From Candidatus Paceibacter sp. (GTDB lineage Bacteria > Patescibacteriota > Minisyncoccia > UBA6257 > 02-FULL-45-10c), in contig DYGE01000001.1 of assembly GCA_020724845.1 (NCBI GenBank), positions 58,218-122,217 on the forward strand: 64,000 nucleotides of DNA, written 5' to 3'. Made by a program: the position numbers and the translations under genes. Shown here piece after piece: positions 18,295-26,688 of this stretch. Each line of letters begins with the position of its first letter. Position 1 is the stretch's first letter. Under the pieces are notes generated by a model. The model made no database searches. It had not been told where the DNA came from and was given only the letters and a program-made list of their open reading frames with translations.

Positions 18295-18381
18295 CGGAGG
18301 GGGAGAGATTCGAACTCTCGATGCCCTTTCGGACATGCCGCCTTTCCAAGGCGGTGCACTAGACCACTATGCGACCCCTCC
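18295..18381 (-). tRNA. tRNA-Ser (anticodon GGA), type II with long variable arm
   Basis: Manual fold: 7-bp acceptor GGAGGGG/CCCCTCC, anticodon stem CCGCC/GGCGG with loop TTGGAAA, long variable arm, T-loop GTTCGAATC. Confidence 0.8.
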
Positions 18382-18460
18382 TCATGGTCATTTTAACTGA
18401 TATTATATTACAACAAAAAATATAACGATTACAACGTTTATAACATTTAGAACGCTTACC

Positions 18461-19354
18461 CTACATCTCTCGCAATGCCCTAACCCTCTCCTCTATCGGC
18501 GGATGGGTCATAAATAGTTTGTGCAGCCAAGAAGTTTTAGCCTTGCCTTTAAATGGGTCGGCAAGCCACAGGTGCGCGGTAGTGTTGTTGGCAACCCGAA
18601 GCGGAGTCGGATCGGAGGAAATTTTCTCCAGCGCTCTCGCAAGCCCTTCGGGGTAGCGGGTTAACAAAGCCCCGGACGCGTCTGCCAGATATTCCCTCTT
18701 CCGGGAAATAGCTAATTGCATCAAAGCGGCTCCAATCGGCGCGAGGATGGCGAAAGCCACCCCGATTAAAATCATTACCGGATGTAGATTGTCCCGATCG
18801 CGGCCGCCCATCCCCCGCCAAAAAAGAGATCTTAGAAAAAAATCAGAGGCAATAGAGATAAACCCCACTAAAATAACCGCCATAGTAGAGATGAGCATAT
18901 CCCGATTGCCAACGTGGGAGAGTTCGTGCGCCAAGACTCCTTCCAGCTCGGATCTGTCTAATCTCTGTAAAATTCCGGTGGTAACGGCTACGACCGCGTG
19001 CTTCGGATCCCGGCCTGTCGCGAAGGCATTCGGAGCCGGTTCGTTGATGATATAGATTTTCGGTACTGGCAGGCCGGCGGTAATCGCCAGATTTTCCACT
19101 ATATTATAAAGTTCGCGGGCATTTTCTCTGGTAACCGGCTGGGCATGGGCCATCTTCAAAACAATTTTATCAGAGAACCAATAACTAGTTATAGACATGC
19201 CAATACTAAAGATAACCGCAATATAAAGGATTGAGGGGTCGCCGAAAACTTGGGTAAACACCCAGCCGAGGCCGATGACTACAATTAGGAAGATAGTGAA
19301 CAGCGCCCACGTTTTACGAATGTTAGTGTCTTTGTGAGTATATAAATTGGCCAT
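18461..19354 (-). CDS. htpX: HtpX-family M48 zinc metalloprotease
   Basis: HELSH zinc motif and two N-terminal TM helices. Start set at the Met of MANLYTHK. Confidence 0.85.
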   Translation of the reverse strand: MANLYTHKDTNIRKTWALFTIFLIVVIGLGWVFTQVFGDPSILYIAVIFSIGMSITSYWFSDKIVLKMAHAQPVTRENARELYNIVENLAITAGLPVPKIYIINEPAPNAFATGRDPKHAVVAVTTGILQRLDRSELEGVLAHELSHVGNRDMLISTMAVILVGFISIASDFFLRSLFWRGMGGRDRDNLHPVMILIGVAFAILAPIGAALMQLAISRKREYLADASGALLTRYPEGLARALEKISSDPTPLRVANNTTAHLWLADPFKGKAKTSWLHKLFMTHPPIEERVRALREM

Positions 19355-19443
19355 ATTACAATGAATTATGAATAAGGAATTAAGAATTAGGAATGAATTC
19401 AAAAACCATGATTCATGATCCTTGATTCATAACTCGTGAAGTC

Positions 19444-20001
19444 CTAAAATTTCACCGCTACAAGTTCTCTCTCCGCCGCAGTCTCCACTTCAAAGAATTT
19501 TTCTTCGTGGAATCCGAAGGGTTTGGCAATTAAGTTGGTTGGAAAGCTTTGGATTTTGGTATTTAAGGACATAACCATCGTGTTGTAAAAGCGGCGAGAT
19601 GCCTGGATTTTATTTTCCGTATCGGAAAGCTCGCGCTGCAAATCTAAAAAGTTGGCGTTGGCTTTCAGATCCGGATAATTTTCCGAGACCGCGAAAAGAG
19701 TTTTGAGGGTGTTGGAAAGCTGGCTTTCCGCCTCTTCCCTATTGATCGGGTTGCCTCCAGCGCCAGCTACTGCCGCGCGCGCCTTGGTTACATTTTCCAG
19801 CACGGATTTTTCATGCTGCATATAGCCCTTGACCGTTTCTACTAAATTAGGGATTAGGTTAAAGCGCCGCTTTAGTTGCACGTCAATGTCGGAAAGGGCT
19901 TCTTTTGCCCGATTTCTCAATCGAACTAAGCTGTTAAATGTAAAAACTAGCCATAAGGCCGCGACCGCTAAAACTATTAATAAAATTGTGAGTGTATTCA
20001 T
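19444..20001 (-). CDS. lemA: LemA family protein
   Basis: N-terminal TM plus LemA-like conserved core; the usual partner directly upstream of htpX. Confidence 0.85.
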   Translation of the reverse strand: MNTLTILLIVLAVAALWLVFTFNSLVRLRNRAKEALSDIDVQLKRRFNLIPNLVETVKGYMQHEKSVLENVTKARAAVAGAGGNPINREEAESQLSNTLKTLFAVSENYPDLKANANFLDLQRELSDTENKIQASRRFYNTMVMSLNTKIQSFPTNLIAKPFGFHEEKFFEVETAAERELVAVKF

Positions 20002-20025
20002 ATGAATTTATTATAGTATTTTTCA

Positions 20026-20056
20026 GAAAAAATAAAAACCCTGACTATGTCAGGGC
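20026..20056 (-). terminator. Intrinsic terminator (ccctgactatgtcaggg + T-run)
   Basis: Hairpin with a long T-run on the minus strand after the stop at 20061. Confidence 0.65.
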
Positions 20057-20060
20057 TGGT

Positions 20061-20507
20061 TCACAGATCCTCCGGCGGCAGCACCCTCCGCGGCCTAAGC
20101 CGCTCTTTTCTCTCTTGTTCCTGTTTTTTCTTTAGCTTTTCAAGGAATTTTTGCCAGAGCCGGACGTCTTCCTTGCTGCGCACAACGACGATGGCTTTTT
20201 CGGCCATCAGCCAAATACTGATTGGCGGCTTGTCGTCGGCATTGGTAATGTCAAGGGTAGTATAGTTTTTCTCGCCATCTACCAGAATGACTTCAACGGC
20301 CTCTAGTGGAACGGATATGTTCAGCAGCCGACCGTCAACCAGGGCGTCTTTAAAGGTAACTGAAATTTTATCCAATCCAAGGTAGTCGGCGGAACGGAAG
20401 GTGATGCTGGAGTAGGAAACTTTTGCGGCATACGAGGGCGATGAAAGAGCAATCAGGCAAGCCATAAAAAGAGTTTTCAGCGGGATCCGGAGATGTTTTG
20501 CCATCAT
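20061..20507 (-). CDS. Secreted hypothetical protein
   Basis: Signal peptide (MAKHLRIPLKTLFMACLIALSSPSYA) and a K/E-rich C-terminal tail. Confidence 0.5.
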   Translation of the reverse strand: MMAKHLRIPLKTLFMACLIALSSPSYAAKVSYSSITFRSADYLGLDKISVTFKDALVDGRLLNISVPLEAVEVILVDGEKNYTTLDITNADDKPPISIWLMAEKAIVVVRSKEDVRLWQKFLEKLKKKQEQERKERLRPRRVLPPEDL

Positions 20508-20577
20508 TCGCCTCCTCTGGTCCGAACTAAGCAGTAGCTTATCTTAAAAATTCCGAACAGTCAACAAAAAACCCGCG

Positions 20578-21147
20578 TTACCGCGGGGATTTTTCTTCCT
20601 CAACTTCTGCTTTCTCCTCTTTCTTTTTTCCAGCAACTTTCCCATTCTTCTTTTTCCTGTAAGTCATAAATACGCATCTGACCTTTTTATCCTTCCCCTC
20701 CTTGCAATCTACCGCATCGCTTCTGATTTCTTCCCATTCGTCGCCGAATTCCGGGAAGTAAGCGTCTCCTTCGCATTCTCGGTCAACTAAAGTAAGAAAC
20801 ATCACATCCGCGGCTTCCATAGCTTGCTTGTAAATTTCCGCTCCGCCGATAACGTAAACGTTCCTATGCTGGGCGAATTCCAGGGCTCCGGCAAGAGTGC
20901 TGACCACAATACAGCTTTGTGGAACGCGATCCCGATAATCCAACTGCTTAGTCACGATAATGTTGACGCGGTTTGGCAATGGCTGGCCGATTGATTCATA
21001 AGTTTTCCGGCCCATAATCACGAATTTTCCATCTGTCAGCTGCCTGAAACGCTTCATGTCCTTGGCAATTTTGCCCCACGGAAGCTTGTTATCTTTGCCG
21101 ATAACTCTGTTTTTGGACATCGCGGCAACGATAAAGATTTTTTTCAT
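20578..21147 (-). CDS. folA: Dihydrofolate reductase with Lys-rich C-terminal extension
   Basis: IVAAMSKNRVIG...LPW and GGAEIY motifs. Confidence 0.9.
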   Translation of the reverse strand: MKKIFIVAAMSKNRVIGKDNKLPWGKIAKDMKRFRQLTDGKFVIMGRKTYESIGQPLPNRVNIIVTKQLDYRDRVPQSCIVVSTLAGALEFAQHRNVYVIGGAEIYKQAMEAADVMFLTLVDRECEGDAYFPEFGDEWEEIRSDAVDCKEGKDKKVRCVFMTYRKKKNGKVAGKKKEEKAEVEEEKSPR

Positions 21148-21941
21148 TAGACTGACACCTTCCCTTTAATGGCCGGGTGCGGGTCGTAGCCAATCAACTC
21201 AAAATCTTCGTAGCGGAAGTCAAAAATGGAATCTACTTTCCGTTTGATCAACATCCTCGGAAGAGGCCGCGGCTCTCTGGAGAGCTGCAGCTTAACCTGC
21301 TCAAAGTGATTTCGATAAATATGCGCGTCGCCGAGAGTGTGTACGAACTCTCCGAGTTCCAGATTAGTTACGTGCGCGACCATTTGAGTTAGAAGCGCGT
21401 AGGACGCGATATTAAACGGCACGCCCAGGAACATGTCGCAGCTTCTCTGATAAAGCAGGCAAGAAAGCCGGCCATTGGCTACGAAAAATTGGAAAAGGCA
21501 GTGGCATGGCGGAAGCGCCATCTGGTCAACGTCCGCGGGATTCCAAGCGCTGACGATAATTCGGCGGCTGTTAGGATTATTCTTAATCGTTTCAACCGCG
21601 TTAGCTATCTGGTCAATGCTTCTGCCGTCGGGCGCGGGCCAGGATCTCCACTGGTATCCATAAACCGGACCTAGGTTGCCGTTCTCGTCCGCCCATTCGT
21701 CCCAAATAGTAACTTTGTTCTCTTTAAGATATCTGATGTTAGTGTCCCCTTTCAGGAACCATAGAAGTTCGTGAACAATGCTTCGCAGATGGCATTTCTT
21801 GGTAGTAACAAGCGGGAAACCTTGTGAAAGGTCAAATCTCATTTGTCTTCCGAAAACTCCTCGGGTGCCGGTGCCGGTTCGGTCCGGCCGATCCACGCCG
21901 TTTTTCAGGATGTCATCCAACACTTCTAGGTATTGCTTCAT
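21147..21941 (-). CDS. thyA: Thymidylate synthase
   Basis: PPCHCLFQF active-site Cys, [16 protein letters not shown]. Confidence 0.95.
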   Translation of the reverse strand: MKQYLEVLDDILKNGVDRPDRTGTGTRGVFGRQMRFDLSQGFPLVTTKKCHLRSIVHELLWFLKGDTNIRYLKENKVTIWDEWADENGNLGPVYGYQWRSWPAPDGRSIDQIANAVETIKNNPNSRRIIVSAWNPADVDQMALPPCHCLFQFFVANGRLSCLLYQRSCDMFLGVPFNIASYALLTQMVAHVTNLELGEFVHTLGDAHIYRNHFEQVKLQLSREPRPLPRMLIKRKVDSIFDFRYEDFELIGYDPHPAIKGKVSV

Positions 21942-22008
21942 TGCCTAGCCTCGTTTCTAGTTTTGTAGAGCTGTTAATTATTTTAAACTGGTCAAAAAAT
22001 AATGCAAA

Positions 22009-22054
22009 TTTACCTTATATTATCCCAGCCATGGCTGGGATAATATAAGGTAAA
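22009..22054. repeat. 46-bp perfect palindrome (tttaccttatattatcccagcc | ggctgggataatataaggtaaa)
   Basis: Read directly; 23-bp arms with no spacer, between thyA and the dCMP deaminase. Confidence 0.9.
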
Positions 22055-22074
22055 ACCCGCGTTTGGACGCGGGT
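22050..22074 (-). terminator. Intrinsic terminator after the dCMP deaminase (cccgcgtttggacgcggg)
   Basis: Hairpin followed by TTTTACC on the minus strand. Confidence 0.5.
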
Positions 22075-22080
22075 AATTAT

Positions 22081-22641
22081 TTACTCATTCCAGTCAGTCG
22101 GGAATTGCTCTTCAATTCGGAGAGGATGCTTCATGGTGAGGAGGCCGCCGGGGCCTTGGTGGAATTTAATTGCTTTCTGCATGATTTCCACTATGTTAGT
22201 ATCAAGCTTCTCCAAGGTTATCTCTTTCTCGGCGCAAATCCTCCGCTGCTCTCTATCAAATTCCTCGCTGCGGTATTCTTCAAGGTAATAAATATGCTTT
22301 ATTTCTTTGCTGACCAAAATATCAAAACATCTCTGGCATGGCCTGGTAGTGGCGAAAGCATAGCCGCCTCTTTTAGGGCAGCGCTTGCCGGCGAAAAGAA
22401 CCGCGTTTTTTTCCGCGTGAGTGATTCTCTCGCAGTGGCCGTTAACCATCAAGCATTCGTCTTCGTCGCATTGCGGCGCACCGGCTGGAGCCCCATTGTA
22501 TCCGGTAGAGACAATGACCTTGTGAATGTTAAACAATACGCAGCCAACGATTTTTCTACGACAAGTAGCGCGACAAGAAGCCGCGAAAGCCATGAACGCG
22601 CCGTACTCCAAAAAACTCAACCGCGGCGGATTTTCTGCCAT
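22081..22641 (-). CDS. Deoxycytidylate (dCMP) deaminase
   Basis: HAEKNA and PCQRC zinc-binding motifs. Start set at the Met of MAENPP. Confidence 0.85.
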   Translation of the reverse strand: MAENPPRLSFLEYGAFMAFAASCRATCRRKIVGCVLFNIHKVIVSTGYNGAPAGAPQCDEDECLMVNGHCERITHAEKNAVLFAGKRCPKRGGYAFATTRPCQRCFDILVSKEIKHIYYLEEYRSEEFDREQRRICAEKEITLEKLDTNIVEIMQKAIKFHQGPGGLLTMKHPLRIEEQFPTDWNE

Positions 22642-22722
22642 TATTATTCTCCTGAAGGAAGCTAGTAACACCATAAACTAAAAACCCGCCTGATTCAACA
22701 GGCGGGTTTTTATCAGAACGCC

Positions 22723-24384
22723 CTACATCCCCATCATTCCTCCTGGCGGCATAGCTGGTCCGGCATTCTTATCTTTCGGTTCCGGTTTGTCGGTTAGAGC
22801 CACGCCAGCTACAAGATAGTTTGTTGCAACCGAAAGTGCATTTAAGAATGCAGTCTTGGTAACTTTCAGCGGGTCAATAATTCCTGCTTTTTTGAGGTCG
22901 TCAATTTTATTCGTTCCGGCATTGAATCCAAGCCACAATTTTTCTTCACCTTCAGACTCTTCTTTCCGTTTTTTTAGTTCCGTAATGATTGTTGAGGTGG
23001 GTTCCCCACTGTTTTCGATGATGGAGGTTAATGGAGCCTCTAAAGCTCTGCGCATTATCCTCTTTACGGAATCTACCAATTCTTCAGTTTCTACAGAAGT
23101 ATTTAGGACTTCTGGTTTAATATTGAATAAAGCACTGCCTCCGCCTGGAACAATGCCCTCTTCCATAGCTGCTCGGGTCGCGTGAACCGCGTCCTCTACC
23201 CTTTGTTTTAATTCTTTTTGAGCGGATTCAGTGGGAGCGCCGACCTTGATGACAGCTACTCCGCCGGACAATTTGCCGATTCTTTCCTGTAGTTTTTCTT
23301 TGTCAAAATCGGAATCAGTTTTTTTCAGCTGCTGTTTGAGCTGTTCAACTCTTTTTTCAATATCTTCTTTAGAGCCCTTGCCGTCAACGATGGTGGTGTC
23401 GTCTTTAGTAGAAACCACTCGGTGAGCTTGCCCTAAATCGGCCAACTCAACGGAATCAAGTTTCTTATCGAGCTCTTTGGAGATGAAATTCGCTCCGGTG
23501 ACGGTGCAGATGTCTTGGAGCATCTCTTTTCGGCGATCGCCGAATCCCGGCGCCTTAACCGCCAAAACTGTAAAGATTCCGCGCAATCTGTTTACCACTA
23601 AAGTCGCGAGGGCTTCTCCCTCCACGTCTTCAGCCACTACCACCAGCTCTTTCCTCCCGGCTTGCACTAATTTTTCCAAAAGCGGCAGAAATTCCTGGAC
23701 AGAAGAGATTTTTTCATCAGTTACTAAAATATAAGGATTATCCAGAGCGGCCTCCATCCTTTCCGGATTAGTAACCATATATTGTGAGATGTAACCGCGG
23801 TCAAATCGCATACCTTCCACGAATTCGTAGGAATTGGAAATGGTGTTGGAATCTTCAACGGTCACTACTCCGTCTCCGCCTACTTTAGTCATAACTTCGG
23901 CGATCAGTTTGCCGATTTCTTTGTTTTTGGCGGAAAGAGTGGCGACTTCCTCAATTTTTTTGCTATCGTTGATAGTCTCTTTCTGTTTTTCTAATCCTTC
24001 AGTTACAGCTTTACTAGCCGCTTTTAGTTCTACAGCTAGCTGTATGACATTTAACCCCTTTTTTGCAATTTCCTTCTCTGCCTCATCAATCATGGCGTGC
24101 GCTAAAACTACCGAGGTGGTAGTTCCGTCGCCTACGTTATCATTGGTTTTATCGGCGGCCTGCTTAATAAGCTCGGCGCCAAGATTTTCGAATTTATCTT
24201 CCAGCTCAATTTCTTTAGCAACGGTTACACCGTCAAAAGTAACTTGCGGGGCTCCGTAGCCTTTTTCCATTACTGCCGCGCGCCCTCTTGGGCCGAGGGT
24301 CATTTTGACCGCGCTGGCCAGAGTATCTATTCCTTTTTTAAGCGCCGCTCGCGCTTCTTCGTTAAATAAAATTTGTTTTGCCAT
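22723..24384 (-). CDS. groL: Chaperonin GroEL
   Basis: 553 aa with GDGTTT motif and a GGM-type C-terminal tail. Confidence 0.97.
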   Translation of the reverse strand: MAKQILFNEEARAALKKGIDTLASAVKMTLGPRGRAAVMEKGYGAPQVTFDGVTVAKEIELEDKFENLGAELIKQAADKTNDNVGDGTTTSVVLAHAMIDEAEKEIAKKGLNVIQLAVELKAASKAVTEGLEKQKETINDSKKIEEVATLSAKNKEIGKLIAEVMTKVGGDGVVTVEDSNTISNSYEFVEGMRFDRGYISQYMVTNPERMEAALDNPYILVTDEKISSVQEFLPLLEKLVQAGRKELVVVAEDVEGEALATLVVNRLRGIFTVLAVKAPGFGDRRKEMLQDICTVTGANFISKELDKKLDSVELADLGQAHRVVSTKDDTTIVDGKGSKEDIEKRVEQLKQQLKKTDSDFDKEKLQERIGKLSGGVAVIKVGAPTESAQKELKQRVEDAVHATRAAMEEGIVPGGGSALFNIKPEVLNTSVETEELVDSVKRIMRRALEAPLTSIIENSGEPTSTIITELKKRKEESEGEEKLWLGFNAGTNKIDDLKKAGIIDPLKVTKTAFLNALSVATNYLVAGVALTDKPEPKDKNAGPAMPPGGMMGM

Positions 24385-24397
24385 TCTTTGGAGCGTA

Positions 24398-24470
24398 TAG
24401 CGGTTAGCGTATAGCGGTTAGGTTTTTTAAAAAACAGGTAATTTCCCAAACGCTTAACGCTTTACGCTGA
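24398..24470. repeat. groES-groEL spacer with tandem 15-mer (agcgtatagcggtta x2) and acgct-containing repeats
   Basis: Read directly; the 89-nt spacer is longer and more repetitive than typical. Confidence 0.6.
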
Positions 24471-24473
24471 ACG

Positions 24474-24764
24474 CTATTCTATTATTGCTAAAATGTCCGC
24501 TTCCTCCCCGACTAAATATTTTTTGCCGTCGACTTCCAGCTCATCGGGGCCGTATTTTTTAAATAAAACTAAATCTCCGACTTTCACTGACATTGGGACC
24601 CGTTTGCCATTTTCGTCCAGCTTGCCGGGACCAACAGCGACCACCTTGCCTTTAATCGGCTTTTCTTTTTCAGCTGTTTCAGGCAAGACGATGCCGGATT
24701 TAGTTGTTTTTTCTTCTTCGACTGATTCTATAAAAACGTGATCGTTTAATGGTTTTAGGTTCAT
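24474..24764 (-). CDS. groS: Co-chaperonin GroES
   Basis: 96 aa with mobile-loop region. Confidence 0.95.
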   Translation of the reverse strand: MNLKPLNDHVFIESVEEEKTTKSGIVLPETAEKEKPIKGKVVAVGPGKLDENGKRVPMSVKVGDLVLFKKYGPDELEVDGKKYLVGEEADILAIIE

Positions 24765-24808
24765 CTTTTTATATATTTTATTTTTACGACTAAGATAAAT
24801 TATAGCAA

Positions 24809-24835
24809 TTAGCAGTCAAGCGTCAAGAGTGCTAA
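24809..24835 (-). promoter_or_regulatory. CIRCE operator (TTAGCAGTC-N9-GAGTGCTAA)
   Basis: Inverted repeat one mismatch from the CIRCE consensus TTAGCACTC-N9-GAGTGCTAA, about 45 nt upstream of the groES ATG and directly downstream of a TATAAT -10. Confidence 0.8.
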
Positions 24836-24868
24836 TTTCTACGCATTATAAAACCCTCGCTTGAGGGT

Positions 24869-25555
24869 TTAGGTTGCTTGGGCGGATAGGGCCTTTTTAA
24901 TCAGCTGCGACCACTGCTCTCTTAGTTTTTTTACCTGTTTTTTCTGTTGAAAGAAGCTGCGCATGTCAACAATGCCGTCTCTGGTCATATTTACTACGAA
25001 AAACAACCTAACTTTAGGATATTTCTCTTCATGCACTACGGCCTTTTCAAAATAATCCAGATAATGCTCTAGCTCTTCATAGAGGTCCAGCAGAGTTTCA
25101 GGATTCTTGGCTGAATTTAACCTATAAAAAAAATTAGTGGAGTTTGCATGTTTATTGAATTCTTCCCATATGCAAGAATCGTTTTTCAGCAAATTTGACC
25201 TTCTGAAGTGATAAAGCAGGGTTCGGATATATTTTTTTATGAAATTAACGTGCAAAATGTTTTTTCGTTCTTTTGTCTTCAATTTGATCTTTTGCTTGCC
25301 GCTTTTGATTCTGCTCCGCTTCTCTTGCAGAGTTTTCTGGTCAAGTTTGCGGAAAACTTTGATTTGAATCGGCAGCGCCTTCCCGCCTTTTTGGGGAACT
25401 ACGAAAAAATCTTTGCCTTGTTTGTCTCTGGCGCTATTTGGTTCGGTATGGGTTACCAGCCAATAATTTTCTTTCTTAGCGATCCACTTAAGGATTTCGT
25501 GAGCTATCCTTTCAGCGGGCCGGTCGTGTGTTCTGCAAACCTGGCACTGGACCAA
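24869..25555 (-). CDS. Hypothetical basic protein
   Basis: 228-aa K/R-rich ORF with N-terminal CQVC. Preferred over the antisense low-complexity ORF. Confidence 0.45.
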   Translation of the reverse strand: MVQCQVCRTHDRPAERIAHEILKWIAKKENYWLVTHTEPNSARDKQGKDFFVVPQKGGKALPIQIKVFRKLDQKTLQEKRSRIKSGKQKIKLKTKERKNILHVNFIKKYIRTLLYHFRRSNLLKNDSCIWEEFNKHANSTNFFYRLNSAKNPETLLDLYEELEHYLDYFEKAVVHEEKYPKVRLFFVVNMTRDGIVDMRSFFQQKKQVKKLREQWSQLIKKALSAQAT

Positions 25556-25674
25556 GGCGAGCTCCTATGCGGTTTTCGAGGAAGAATAACTTTATCTTAT
25601 AGTCTTTCTGGTATTATTTCAATGCGGGGTAGCTCTCTCTTGGTCATTCGGGCTTCGCGGTGGGGACAAAGTGT

Positions 25675-25820
25675 CATAACCAGAAAGTATCCTCTTACCG
25701 GCACCAGCGTTCGCTGATTCCTGCGATCAGCGCCGCTTACGTCTCATCCTGATTTTCGCAAGCGAACCGAGCAAATCAGGATTCCGTCAGTTGCCGCACA
25801 GAGGATACTTTCTGGTTATG
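25675..25820. mobile_element. 146-bp element bounded by 21-bp perfect inverted repeats (cataaccagaaagtatcctct ... agaggatactttctggttatg) with two internal hairpins: MITE-like or structured RNA
   Basis: Read directly. Internal stems cgctgat/atcagcg and atcctgattt/aaatcaggat. Sits in a 300-bp intergenic gap. Confidence 0.5.
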
Positions 25821-25856
25821 CTTATCAGGTGGAGGTGTTATCCAAAAGAGAGCGCG

Positions 25857-26549
25857 CTACTCCAGGGTTCGCTTCAGGTATTCTTGTATTCTTTTAGTGT
25901 CAGGATGAAATTCTAATTCTTCGTCACTGATGATGATTCTGGGTTTGTATACGCTTGCCCGATTCGCAGCGATTTCTATTTTTTTAATTTGGATTTTCTT
26001 TAGTATTTTTTCCAGCCAGTCTCCAAGTGTCTCTTCTAAAAGCCATTCCAGCATTTTTTTTATTCGGCCGTCTTTTTTATACTTGTGCCGAGGATTTTCC
26101 TGATAAAGCCGGGCTTCGCCGATCCAATCTTCATTAGCGCGATAAAAGCGCTGAATTAGTGTAGTGTTGCCTAAAATTGGGATTACAGAGAGATATAGCT
26201 TTTTCCAATACTCATTATATGGAGGCGACAGCCGGTAAGATCGCGGCGAAACAAAGTGGCTGAAACACAGTTTGTCTTTAAAGTTGTCGGTTGTCGGTTG
26301 TCGGTTGTTAGCCGGATGTTTCGCCCACCAACCGAGCGGCTTGAAGATTAGAAAGCAGAAAAACCGCACCGTAAAAATCCTTTCCTCCCTGGCACCGACG
26401 ATTACATCAAAATCTGAATCTTCGCGCATATTTCCGGTTGCCAGCGATCCGGCAGCAAAGACAAAATCAATGAAAGGGATGTATTGAAGCGGCCAGCAGC
26501 GTTTTAGGAATTTATGCCACTTTTGTTCATGTAGGTTTTGTCTTGACAT
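25857..26549 (-). CDS. Nucleotidyltransferase-fold protein (Pol-beta-like NTase)
   Basis: GSLATGNMREDSDFDVIV matches the GS...D.D NTase signature. 230 aa with an internal in-frame triplicated heptamer. Confidence 0.65.
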   Translation of the reverse strand: MSRQNLHEQKWHKFLKRCWPLQYIPFIDFVFAAGSLATGNMREDSDFDVIVGAREERIFTVRFFCFLIFKPLGWWAKHPANNRQPTTDNFKDKLCFSHFVSPRSYRLSPPYNEYWKKLYLSVIPILGNTTLIQRFYRANEDWIGEARLYQENPRHKYKKDGRIKKMLEWLLEETLGDWLEKILKKIQIKKIEIAANRASVYKPRIIISDEELEFHPDTKRIQEYLKRTLE

Positions 26550-26688
26550 ATCCAGCTAGTATTGGTATCATGTGCTCGAGGTTAACAACGCTTGGTCATG
26601 TACCTTGCTTGGGTGCCCCATGTAAAGTGGGCGCTGTCCTCTCCGGTCCCCCCTGCACAAGCGCGCTTGTGCAGGGGGCATTTTTATT
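26543..26688 (+). ncRNA. Candidate small RNA (~110 nt): promoter TTGACA-17-TATCAT, then intrinsic terminator
   Basis: -35 TTGACA at 26543-26548, 17-bp spacer, -10 TATCAT at 26566-26571. Hairpin ccccctgcacaagc/gcttgtgcaggggg at 26649-26680 followed by TTTTTATT. No plus-strand ORF or downstream plus-strand gene. Confidence 0.4.

Noticed and set aside
22063-22665. 200-aa plus-strand ORF antisense to the dCMP deaminase
   Set aside because: The minus-strand frame carries the HAE/PCxxC deaminase motifs. The plus frame is low-complexity and has no ribosome-binding site.
22856-24259. Several plus-strand ORFs (85-141 aa) inside groEL
   Set aside because: Antisense to a highly conserved gene; Ser/Thr-rich artefacts of the GroEL codon pattern.
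25208-25717. 169-aa plus-strand ORF overlapping the 228-aa minus gene and the left arm of the inverted-repeat element
   Set aside because: F/L-rich low-complexity translation typical of an antisense frame. It runs through a structured non-coding element.
26543-26688. Possibility that the small RNA candidate is SRP (4.5S) or 6S RNA
   Set aside because: It lacks the conserved SRP domain IV motifs and the long closing-stem/central-bubble 6S architecture; it is left as an unclassified sRNA candidate.
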